From: a virus
Lineage: Duplodnaviria; Caudoviricetes
Strand: one strand, 5' to 3'
Virus record (IMG/VR): IMGVR_UViG_3300044568_000868
Location: 120 to 64,119 of that record
Length of the DNA stretch: 64,000 nucleotides
Part shown: one piece after another, positions 1 to 7,929 of the stretch
How positions within the stretch are numbered: the stretch's first letter is position 1
Layout of the letters: every line of letters starts with the position of its first letter
Program-made: the position numbers and the translations under genes
Notes under the pieces: generated by a model
What the model saw: the letters and a program-made list of their open reading frames with translations, nothing else
The model's database searches: none
Told to the model about the DNA's origin: nothing

Positions 1-335
1 TTACTCGGTACGTCTTTCATAGTTCTAGCAGAGCTTGGTATTTCTGGTTTTACAGGACCTGGCTGGCTTGTTCCTCTAGGAACTATATTTTTAGGACCCG
101 CAGTTGGTTTTTGGCTACCTATATTACGGTCACCTGACGCCATATCTACGCGACTTCTTGGAATAATGTTTGAACCACCACTTCCGCCCGTACTAGTTTT
201 TGGAGAGTCACTTCTAAATGAAAGAGAGCGACCATAGGATGGCTCATCCCTAAGAGCGGTAGGAAGATTTCTAAGTTTAGTCTTTTCCCCTACTTTAGTC
301 CCACGTTGGGCGTATCGTTTTGGTTCAGTAGCCAT
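1..335 (-). CDS. Hypothetical virion-module protein, N-terminal part (runs off left edge)
   Basis: ATG at 335, open frame MATEPKRYAQRG... to the window edge; probably continues as the ORF open at 64000. Confidence 0.7.
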   Translation of the reverse strand, partial: MATEPKRYAQRGTKVGEKTKLRNLPTALRDEPSYGRSLSFRSDSPKTSTGGSGGSNIIPRSRVDMASGDRNIGSQKPTAGPKNIVPRGTSQPGPVKPEIPSSARTMKDVPS

Positions 336-619
336 TAGATCATCCTACCTTTTGTATGCCCTTTAATAGCACAACCATCACCACGAGAAGCTGTACCGCC
401 TGATTTGTAGCCTTTTACAGAACCACCGCATTTTTTACCTCCAAGCATCTCACCATCAACATCCCAACCAGACATCCCTTTAATGGCTCTATCACCGCTC
501 ATACCTTTAAAGTCATCTTCAGCTGTTTTGGCACGTTTTGCTTCCTCTTTAGCTTGTTGAATCCTGTCTCTAACTACAGACTCCCCAGCCTCCATATCAT
601 TGGTTTTTTTAGTAGCCAT
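335..619 (-). CDS. Small basic virion-associated protein with GG motifs
   Basis: KKCGG, YKSGG, C-terminal RGDGCAIKGHTKGRMI; coupled to neighbours. Confidence 0.75.
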   Translation of the reverse strand: MATKKTNDMEAGESVVRDRIQQAKEEAKRAKTAEDDFKGMSGDRAIKGMSGWDVDGEMLGGKKCGGSVKGYKSGGTASRGDGCAIKGHTKGRMI

Positions 620-924
620 TAGATTATCTTCCCACGAGTTCTGCCTTTTTTAACAGCGCCGTCAACACTGCCACCTTTGTACATACCTCTACAAGCAGAT
701 CCACCTTTCTTCATAGCCGCAGTTGGAGAACCCGGAACAGCTTTTAAACCCGCAGAACGCATAGCACCTATTTGAGCCATATCTGGAGTTGGAGCACGTT
801 TAGTTACTTTAGCTTTAAGTGTATCTTTTTTCTTTAATGGGGCCATGCCCGCTTTTAACTTAGTCATTTTGTTTCCTCTAGCCTTTTCTTGTATATCAGA
901 AATACCGCGTGATGGGCGAGTCAT
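619..924 (-). CDS. Small Lys-rich protein with GG motifs
   Basis: MKKGG, MYKGG, C-terminal DGAVKKGRTRGKII. Confidence 0.75.
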   Translation of the reverse strand: MTRPSRGISDIQEKARGNKMTKLKAGMAPLKKKDTLKAKVTKRAPTPDMAQIGAMRSAGLKAVPGSPTAAMKKGGSACRGMYKGGSVDGAVKKGRTRGKII

Positions 925-941
925 ATTACTTTCCCGTTAGT

Positions 942-1208
942 TTACTTACTACCACAGTTCCACCTTTTTAGAGATGCCGCTTTGCGTGTAGGTTTACCAT
1001 TCTCATCTTTCATAGGCCCCGGCATTCCACTCATACGTGCGCAGAAGGACTTTTTACGTGGTCCCCCTTGTGGTTGTGGGGCTTTAAGATTAGACCCTGT
1101 AGCTGCATTATAAACTTTTCTACCTTTAGCTGTTAATCCCGCACCTTTAGATACTGGAAGTTTTTCACCTCTACCAACAGCTAAATTAGGAGCTTTTTTA
1201 GTAGCCAT
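942..1208 (-). CDS. Small basic hypothetical phage protein
   Basis: RKKSFCARM...SLKRWNC pattern; in late operon. Confidence 0.75.
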   Translation of the reverse strand: MATKKAPNLAVGRGEKLPVSKGAGLTAKGRKVYNAATGSNLKAPQPQGGPRKKSFCARMSGMPGPMKDENGKPTRKAASLKRWNCGSK

Positions 1209-1209
1209 A

Positions 1210-1467
1210 TTAGTTCCTTGCGAGATCTATTATCCAAGACATACTAGCCCCTATTGCAGCACCTATACCACCAAAGATCATGAACATACGCCACCCACCT
1301 TTAGCTTCAGACAGGGTTTTACTGATTTCTTTTATGGCTTCTTTTATCTCATCCATATCTTTAATCATTTTGTCCATGTCATTCTGTAAGTGTTTTATGT
1401 CCGCACTGTGGGTAGCGAGCTCCCGCGCCGTTTGTATCACTGGATCTGAAGCTCTTTGATGTTCCAC
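1210..1467 (-). CDS. Coiled-coil protein with C-terminal transmembrane helix
   Basis: Heptad region then hydrophobic WRMFMIFGGIGAAIGASMSWII; AGGTAGGT upstream of GTG. Confidence 0.7.
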   Translation of the reverse strand: MEHQRASDPVIQTARELATHSADIKHLQNDMDKMIKDMDEIKEAIKEISKTLSEAKGGWRMFMIFGGIGAAIGASMSWIIDLARN

Positions 1468-1485
1468 AAGCTACCTACCTATTTC

Positions 1486-1944
1486 TTATGCAGAAGCAGG
1501 ATCTTGAGCACCACTAGATGTTTTTTGTATATAACTGATAGTAATAAAACCATCACCTGCAGTTGCAGTTGTACCAGCCATAGTTACTACTATCTGCATA
1601 TCAGTAGTACCAACATTACTCATAGCTGTTAATTGAGCTGCAGTTGGAGTTAACGCTTGACGTCCTGCTGCTGGAGTTGTGATTGCAGTTACATAAGCTG
1701 CTGCTGTTGTGCTGTTACCGACAGCTAATGTTGCGCCAGATGTAAAAGTAGTAGTTACATCAATGAAGATGTTTACGATTTGTGCACCTGCAGGGAGTAC
1801 GAAAGGAGTGCTAGTAGTTAAACTTAAAGCCGCAGATTGCGCTAAAACTACAAGACCAGTATTATCAATAGAACCGACAGTAGTACCAGTAGTATATCTA
1901 ACAGTACCTGCGCGAACTGGACCAGAAAAAGTTGAAAAAGACAT
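1486..1944 (-). CDS. Putative capsid decoration / minor structural protein
   Basis: Thr/Ala-rich beta-type sequence, N-terminal STFSGPV, downstream of MCP. Confidence 0.6.
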   Translation of the reverse strand: MSFSTFSGPVRAGTVRYTTGTTVGSIDNTGLVVLAQSAALSLTTSTPFVLPAGAQIVNIFIDVTTTFTSGATLAVGNSTTAAAYVTAITTPAAGRQALTPTAAQLTAMSNVGTTDMQIVVTMAGTTATAGDGFITISYIQKTSSGAQDPASA

Positions 1945-2030
1945 ATTTAATTCCTTATTGCACTTGCGCCTATCGTTGTGTGCGAATCTGCTGAGTCAGT
2001 CGAGTAGGCAGTTAAATTAATCCCCAGATT
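1945..2030 (-). ncRNA. Candidate structured (pseudoknotted) 5' leader RNA
   Basis: Pairings on minus strand: CUGGG/CUCAG, GCCUA-UCG/CGA-UAGGC, GCAC/GUGC, CUG/CAG; ends at RBS AAGGA. Confidence 0.45.
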
Positions 2031-2037
2031 TACAGTT

Positions 2038-2066
2038 CTTATACTATGTATTTATTATTCGTGCAA
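2038..2066 (-). promoter_or_regulatory. Sigma70-like promoter
   Basis: TTGCAC-17nt-TATAAG on minus strand. Confidence 0.55.
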
Positions 2067-2082
2067 GTTTATTTTTAGTTAC

Positions 2083-3006
2083 TTATCTACGATAGGTAGG
2101 GGTACCTTTTGGCATAGGTTTTTCATGCGGATAAGCCTCGCCATGAGCCAATCCCATGTTAATTATATCCATAAACTCTTTATTTTTAGGTTGCTTAGCT
2201 GCTTCCATCTGTTTTTGTAAGTGTTTAGCATATTGTGCGCCAGATGTTTTAGCCCAATTTTTACCTGTACCGTTCCATAACTCACCAAAGGGTTTTTTTA
2301 GTCGTTTAGCAAGCTCATACTTACCTTCCATCTGTGCTAAAAACTCTGCATTAGAAAAATTAACTCCATGCTCTATTAACTCATTTACCCTAGCTGCTTG
2401 TTTTTTACTATTACGGTCTGAAAACCCACCTCCCATACCTGCACTGCCTTCTTGTAATACAAGACCACCTAACTCTTCGGGGGTTAACTGGGGTACCCCT
2501 AAATGCTGTGCAGCCCTCATAGCTCTCGCTCTAGCATAAAGCATAGAGTATCCTAAATAAGGGTCCGTTTTTTTATTTGTTTGCCCCCAGCCCCCACTAG
2601 CCCCTCCTCCACCATGGGCTGGGTTTTCAACTTTGCCTCGCATAGGTAGTGTTTCTAACCCTGTTTTAGGGTCAGTATCTTTAGGGTTCACTCCAGCTCT
2701 ATAGGCTGGTACTCTCATTTTATCTGTACCAATGGGGTCTGTTTCATTTAACCAGTATTCTTTAGGTATAGTTTCTGGGGCAAAACCCTGCATATGGTAC
2801 GGCAAGTCTGTTTGTTGTTTCCTATACAAAGATTCTTCCGCTAGGCGTCTATCTTGTTCAATAGATTTTGTTTTTAATTCAGCATTTGTAGGTATACCAA
2901 TTATACCTCTAACAGCATCTAACCCTTTTTCCCCATAATCTTCTATACTTTTTTTTGATGGAATTGCTGCTAATATCCCACGGGCCATATTTAAAGGTAT
3001 TGGCAT
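2083..3006 (-). CDS. Hypothetical protein, possible C-terminal lysozyme-like fold
   Basis: 307-aa ORF, AGGAGG RBS; LVLQEG...WNGTG...YA loosely like a transglycosylase E...YNG pattern. Confidence 0.6.
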   Translation of the reverse strand: MPIPLNMARGILAAIPSKKSIEDYGEKGLDAVRGIIGIPTNAELKTKSIEQDRRLAEESLYRKQQTDLPYHMQGFAPETIPKEYWLNETDPIGTDKMRVPAYRAGVNPKDTDPKTGLETLPMRGKVENPAHGGGGASGGWGQTNKKTDPYLGYSMLYARARAMRAAQHLGVPQLTPEELGGLVLQEGSAGMGGGFSDRNSKKQAARVNELIEHGVNFSNAEFLAQMEGKYELAKRLKKPFGELWNGTGKNWAKTSGAQYAKHLQKQMEAAKQPKNKEFMDIINMGLAHGEAYPHEKPMPKGTPTYRR

Positions 3007-3029
3007 GTTCCCTCCTTGATAAATTATAT

Positions 3030-3052
3030 AAAAAGGCCCACCGAGGTGAGCC
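3030..3052 (-). terminator. Rho-independent terminator after major capsid gene
   Basis: GGCTCAC-CTCG-GTGGGCC then TTTTT on minus strand. Confidence 0.75.
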
Positions 3053-3085
3053 CTAATTTTACTCTAAGTTATTAAAATCAATAAC

Positions 3086-4000
3086 TTAGGCAGAGCCAGC
3101 CGAACCAAAAACACCCAATGGATCACTAAAACCGAACGAGTACCGTTCACGGGCCTTGTACCTAGAGTTGCCCGTGTCGAAATCACTGTCCATTGATGTA
3201 GCTAATGGAGTTCTAACGAAATGTTTCAGACCGTTTGGAACGTCAGTCAATAAGAACCAAGCATTTGTATCAGTCAACCATGGGTTAACAGTATAGCCGC
3301 CGGGAATTGAACCGTTGTTCTTAAGAGCGTTAACATCATTGTCAGTTGTACCAACACGCAATTCAGTTTCTAACAAACGAGTTGCTACGAATTGTAATGC
3401 AGGAGGTAGAACCAATTTTTTAGGTTTAGCAGCAATCAATAAACCACGTTCGTCAGTCCACAAGGCAATTTGAATAACCGCATTTTCCAATGAAGTTTCG
3501 TTCAAATCAGCTGGTGTAGCTGGTACGTTAGAAATTGTTGAGCCATAAACTAAAGGATGTGCACTGTTACATAAAGATTTGCCGTCACCACCAGTATAGT
3601 TGGAGTTGAATGCATTGTTTAGTACAGCAGCGCCTTTAACTTCTTTGGTGTACGCCATAGCGCGAGCCAATGCTTTTGTATAACGAGCAGACAATGAGTC
3701 ATACAAGTTATCTTCAATAGCTTCTTCAGTTAAAGAAAAGCCCAGAGCGATAGTTTCGTGGGTGTAGCGAGTAGACCAAGCTTCTTGCGCATTGTCATAC
3801 GTAATACCTGAGCCTTCGTTTTTAACCGCAGCGGCACCAAAGCCAGACAGTTTTTGTTCTTCTTCGAAAGAACGATCAGATGATTCAGTTTCGAAGATTT
3901 CTTTATACTTCTCACCATAACGATCATATTCTAAACCGAACAGAGCGTTAAGACCGGGAAGTAGTTCTTTTAGTAGTTGCGCGCGTGAAATAGCAGCCAT
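3086..4000 (-). CDS. Major capsid protein (Mu gpT-like family)
   Basis: AISRAQLLKELLPGLNALFG start, C-terminal YKARERYSFG.SDPLG; AGGAG RBS; followed by terminator. Confidence 0.9.
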   Translation of the reverse strand: MAAISRAQLLKELLPGLNALFGLEYDRYGEKYKEIFETESSDRSFEEEQKLSGFGAAAVKNEGSGITYDNAQEAWSTRYTHETIALGFSLTEEAIEDNLYDSLSARYTKALARAMAYTKEVKGAAVLNNAFNSNYTGGDGKSLCNSAHPLVYGSTISNVPATPADLNETSLENAVIQIALWTDERGLLIAAKPKKLVLPPALQFVATRLLETELRVGTTDNDVNALKNNGSIPGGYTVNPWLTDTNAWFLLTDVPNGLKHFVRTPLATSMDSDFDTGNSRYKARERYSFGFSDPLGVFGSAGSA

Positions 4001-4012
4001 TAGTTAAACTCC

Positions 4013-4735
4013 TTAAATGCCGACAGGGTTGCGATATGCGTGACCACCAACGACAGTAATAGCCACAGCTGAAACAGCAAATGGAGTAGTACCTGATTGA
4101 GTCACAGCCGCAGTCATTGTTGGTGCTGTATAAGCTACGAAAGCTTCTACAAACGTACCGTCAGATAATGCAGTTTCTTGAACCATACTAACAATGCGCA
4201 AAGGCAGTGTTGCAGTAGTGTTTTTAGAAGCCAAATCAACTGAAATGGCGCTGTTACCAGTAGCAGTATTAACGCCATCAACAATAGAACCTGAGTTAGT
4301 AGGAATGAAGTAACCAATGTTTTGGCCAACATCAGCTAGAGTAGCAGCACCAGAAGTGTAAGCTGTACCAGCATTAGTCAAATTAACCTTCATTAAAATT
4401 TGTGGGTCGTCAGCAACAATAGCAACGGCATCAGAAGCAGAAGTTCCAGTAGGCCAGTATTGTGAGAAAACTTTGTATTTTAAAGTTGGGCTAGTGTAAG
4501 AGCAACCTAAGAAGATACCGATTGGGTTAATAGCCCAAGCAGTTTTAGCTCCAGTAGATGAATCTACACGTGCGATAGTACCATCAGCTAATAGAGACAC
4601 AGGGTCGCCATAACCAATATTTTTTGCGTAGCCAGACGCAATCGGTAAATACCGAGTTGCACCAGCGTAAGGCTGAAAGCCTTCTAAGGTATTCGGTAGA
4701 AAACCGTAGGGACCGACGTTGCTAGGATATGCCAT
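4013..4735 (-). CDS. Capsid-associated (decoration/cement-like) protein
   Basis: Directly upstream of MCP; PYGF.P, GIFLGCSY, DDP motifs. Confidence 0.65.
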   Translation of the reverse strand: MAYPSNVGPYGFLPNTLEGFQPYAGATRYLPIASGYAKNIGYGDPVSLLADGTIARVDSSTGAKTAWAINPIGIFLGCSYTSPTLKYKVFSQYWPTGTSASDAVAIVADDPQILMKVNLTNAGTAYTSGAATLADVGQNIGYFIPTNSGSIVDGVNTATGNSAISVDLASKNTTATLPLRIVSMVQETALSDGTFVEAFVAYTAPTMTAAVTQSGTTPFAVSAVAITVVGGHAYRNPVGI

Positions 4736-4774
4736 AAAAAACTCCTAAATAAGATTCAACACGGCCCTAATTAT

Positions 4775-5236
4775 TTAGGAACCGCGACCAAAAGACACTT
4801 TAGATGCTTTTTCAGAGAAAAGGGGCATCCGAGGATCATTTTCGCGCAAGAAGTTGTTATCAACAGACTCCACAGACGCTCTGGACATATTAGCATAGTA
4901 TTCCTTACGAGAATTTGAGTTCTCGACAGTAGTCTTACACAAAACAAGCCCACCAATTTCAATCAACCCTTGGGGTTTTAAACCAAAGGCAGCAAAGTCA
5001 GACAATAACTCAGGATGATCTTCCGCTTGACAAGGTATCCACCCCTCGCGTTTGGCCTTAGCCATATTCGCTGGATCAGGCACCCCCATCATAGAAACTC
5101 TTTTCCAGTGAAACACGTAGCCATCTTGTGGGTCTGGAGCTGGCAAATCATGCGCAGGTTTCCATGATACTGGACGAACTTCTTTATCGCGTGTTTCTGT
5201 AGAGCGTGGTGCTCTGTCAATTTGTACGTTAGCCAT
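4775..5236 (-). CDS. Head-module hypothetical protein
   Basis: Between scaffold and capsid genes; REGW and IGGLVLCK motifs. Confidence 0.7.
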   Translation of the reverse strand: MANVQIDRAPRSTETRDKEVRPVSWKPAHDLPAPDPQDGYVFHWKRVSMMGVPDPANMAKAKREGWIPCQAEDHPELLSDFAAFGLKPQGLIEIGGLVLCKTTVENSNSRKEYYANMSRASVESVDNNFLRENDPRMPLFSEKASKVSFGRGS

Positions 5237-6128
5237 TGAGTTGTTGCTCCTTTACTTTATACTTGGCGTATACCTCTAAAGGTACTCCAAGACGTTTTGC
5301 TATAGCGACTTCAGATGTGTTCAGAGTGACTTTTTTAGGTGCGGTAGTTCTACCTACCGATGCCACTGGTGAAGATTTCTTTTTGTCGAAGTTCTTTGGG
5401 AATACTTCCCGTATGCGGGAGTCTACTCGCTGATAATACTCGTCAGAGGTAGGGTCTACACCGGATTTAACCAATTTTTCGTGCAGTCCATAAGCGAAGG
5501 CGGTCATCTCTTCATCTTTACCAAACCATGGATTCTTTCCAGCCCAGCTCTCGGCTTTATAGTCTCTTGGTGGCGCTTCTGGCACTGATGGTGGAATATA
5601 TACATCATTACTTTGTGGTTGTAAAGCTTTTTGTTGTACAGGTGGCACCAAGTTAGCTAATTGCCGTTTTTGATTGGCTAATTCGCTTAACTCTTCCTGT
5701 GCTTCAAGTACTCCATCTGTATCGCCCGTTTCAAAAGCTTGACGGTATTTATCCTGCGCAATTTTATGTGCGTATTCTAAACGGCCTTGAGCTTCCTTCG
5801 TATACTCCTGATGCCCCCAGTTAAGTGTGCTTTTTAACTGTTCGTTTTCTGCAAGAATAGCCTGAGCAATACGTATAGCTTCAGCATTTTGTCTTTCTAA
5901 AGCTTCTTTCTCACGTTTAGCATCGTGGTACTTATGGTTTATCTGATTAATGCGTTTTTGAACGCCTTTAGAGTATGATTCTAACTCATCATCGTCATCG
6001 TCCTCTGCATCAGCTAACTTAGTTCTACCTCGATCTTCTTCAGGAGTATCGTCTACGATATCAACTTCGTAATCATCGCCCCCATCAAGATCTACATCAA
6101 TATCTTCGTTTTCGTATTCTTCAGCCAT
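5229..6128 (-). CDS. Capsid scaffolding protein
   Basis: Acidic N-terminus, coiled coil, NPWFG, C-terminal IAKRLGVPLEVYAK. Confidence 0.75.
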   Translation of the reverse strand: MAEEYENEDIDVDLDGGDDYEVDIVDDTPEEDRGRTKLADAEDDDDDELESYSKGVQKRINQINHKYHDAKREKEALERQNAEAIRIAQAILAENEQLKSTLNWGHQEYTKEAQGRLEYAHKIAQDKYRQAFETGDTDGVLEAQEELSELANQKRQLANLVPPVQQKALQPQSNDVYIPPSVPEAPPRDYKAESWAGKNPWFGKDEEMTAFAYGLHEKLVKSGVDPTSDEYYQRVDSRIREVFPKNFDKKKSSPVASVGRTTAPKKVTLNTSEVAIAKRLGVPLEVYAKYKVKEQQLNG

Positions 6129-6789
6129 TTATCCTCCTAGTATGCACACCGAAATAGCGATCGCTATGTAAGTGAGATTTTTGTTTATTCCATTTTTCTG
6201 GAACTACTTGAATGTTTTCATATCTACTATTTCCACCTTTAGCTATCGGGTGAATATGGTCTACATTCCATAAAATATTAGTTAATTTGTTTCGTAATTT
6301 TCGTAAAGAATGAGCCTCTTTTAACCCAAACAAACTAAACTCATCCATAGAAATAACTAAGTTATTGTGTTTCTCACGTCTTTGAGAATTGTTAGCGTTT
6401 TTAGCTAGTTTTCTAGCTTCTGACATAGGTTTTTCTGACCTACGAATCTCACATAATTTGCGTCCTCCAGTGGTTTTATACGACTTATCTTCACGACGTT
6501 TACATTCTTTACCTTTTTCAGAGGCATAAAACTTACGTTTTACTTCTTTATACTTTTCCGTATTTACTTTTCGCCATCTTGCTGCACTTTCTGCTTGCGC
6601 CTTTTTGCGCTCACTTATTTTAACAACTACTTTTTCACATAACTTACATTTTGATCTGTAAGATATATTTCCTGTAGGTAAAGTTCTTTTATAAAAAGCA
6701 CCTATTTGTTTAAGTACCCCACATCCATTACATGTTTTTTCTTCATTACAAATGGACGGGGTACTCCCGTTTATCTTTTTAACCCCCAT
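6121..6789 (-). CDS. Free-standing HNH homing endonuclease
   Basis: CxxC pairs; VDHIHPIAKGGNSRYENIQVV..WN..K HNH motif. Confidence 0.85.
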   Translation of the reverse strand: MGVKKINGSTPSICNEEKTCNGCGVLKQIGAFYKRTLPTGNISYRSKCKLCEKVVVKISERKKAQAESAARWRKVNTEKYKEVKRKFYASEKGKECKRREDKSYKTTGGRKLCEIRRSEKPMSEARKLAKNANNSQRREKHNNLVISMDEFSLFGLKEAHSLRKLRNKLTNILWNVDHIHPIAKGGNSRYENIQVVPEKWNKQKSHLHSDRYFGVHTRRING

Positions 6790-6791
6790 TA

Positions 6792-7190
6792 CTAATACGC
6801 CCTAGAAATTCCTCTAGGGTCAGCTACAGTACCCTCAATCATGTCATCATTTACTAAGATGAACTCTTCCCCATCAACAGAGAACCGTGAACCACGATAT
6901 GCTCCAATTAACACGAAATCACCTTCTTGACACCAAGGACCTGTAGGGAACTTTACTTCATCTTTATAGGCCATAACACCTACTTTAAGCACCATACAAA
7001 CTACAGCACCAGCCTCTTCTTTCTTTTTGAAAGCGTCTGGCATTTCAATACCGCTTGCTGTTTTGTCCACTATCTTTGGTTTAATCAATAAAAGCTTATA
7101 ACCTACCGGATCTGGTAAGCGGTCAGCTAATGACTCCCCTTTTTCGATAGTAGCATCCGTATCTATATTTCCTATATCTTTGGTACTCAT
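6792..7190 (-). CDS. groES: Co-chaperonin GroES (Cpn10)
   Basis: PVGYKLLL, KTASGI mobile loop, VLKVG, GDFV, ILVNDD. Confidence 0.85.
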   Translation of the reverse strand: MSTKDIGNIDTDATIEKGESLADRLPDPVGYKLLLIKPKIVDKTASGIEMPDAFKKKEEAGAVVCMVLKVGVMAYKDEVKFPTGPWCQEGDFVLIGAYRGSRFSVDGEEFILVNDDMIEGTVADPRGISRAY

Positions 7191-7375
7191 TAATTTTCTT
7201 CCTCGATTTTTTGCAGGTCTTTTAAACGATTAAGAGCTAAGGACAGACCCGATAAAGTCCCTACCAATAATTTGTAAGCTGGGAAGTCTTCAACACGCCC
7301 TTTTGCAAGGGCGTCCATGTGAGCAACTATCTCATCTTCAAGATCTCTACGCAGTACATCTAGTACAGTTTTCAT
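7190..7375 (-). CDS. Hypothetical protein
   Basis: Coupled ORF; LAKG..DF..YK..VG pattern. Confidence 0.7.
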   Translation of the reverse strand: MKTVLDVLRRDLEDEIVAHMDALAKGRVEDFPAYKLLVGTLSGLSLALNRLKDLQKIEEEN

Positions 7376-7563
7376 GTGTTATAAGGCTCAAGTTTTTGAG
7401 GGTTGTATATTACCTCTGATATTGGGTAGCTGTAGTGCGCTCTTGCATGTTCTTTTGCAAATTGTTCAGCAGCCTCTAATGTATAAAATATCTGAAATTG
7501 TCTTTCAGGCTCATCTTCAAAACGCTCTTGGACTACATATTGTTTTTTATATTCTTCAATCAT
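7372..7563 (-). CDS. Hypothetical protein
   Basis: Overlapping start/stop with neighbours; GGAGG RBS. Confidence 0.6.
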   Translation of the reverse strand: MIEEYKKQYVVQERFEDEPERQFQIFYTLEAAEQFAKEHARAHYSYPISEVIYNPQKLEPYNT

Positions 7564-7901
7564 TTAGCCTCCTGTGGTGCTGCGTAAAGTGGTATTACTT
7601 CTTCAAGATCAAAATTTATATCAGGTAACACTTGTTGAATTACATATTCTCCCGAAGCTTTATCTATTATTTTCCAAGCTGCAGCTCCAAGCTTTAAGAG
7701 TTCTTTACGTTCTTCACGCATTCTATGTCTTAGGAGACGTTGTATTTCATTATTTAATTGGTCTTTAGCAAAAAATACAGACCTCAACTGCTCAGCATCA
7801 GATAGCATAAAATAATGGTGTGTATAACCAATAACAGGGTGTTCATCCGCATCATTTTTATATAAAGAAACTAATCTTGTGTTGTCATCTAAGTTGCTCA
7901 T
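7560..7901 (-). CDS. Hypothetical protein
   Basis: 113-aa ORF with GGAG RBS. Confidence 0.6.
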   Translation of the reverse strand: MSNLDDNTRLVSLYKNDADEHPVIGYTHHYFMLSDAEQLRSVFFAKDQLNNEIQRLLRHRMREERKELLKLGAAAWKIIDKASGEYVIQQVLPDINFDLEEVIPLYAAPQEAK

Positions 7902-7929
7902 TTAGCTTTCTCCAAGTTCTTTTCCATTT

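Noticed and set aside
3730-4962. Alternative-frame minus-strand ORFs within capsid-module genes (3730, 4147, 4771)
   Set aside because: About 60 aa, Leu-rich by-products of codon bias with no motifs, unlike the two supported overprinted ORFs
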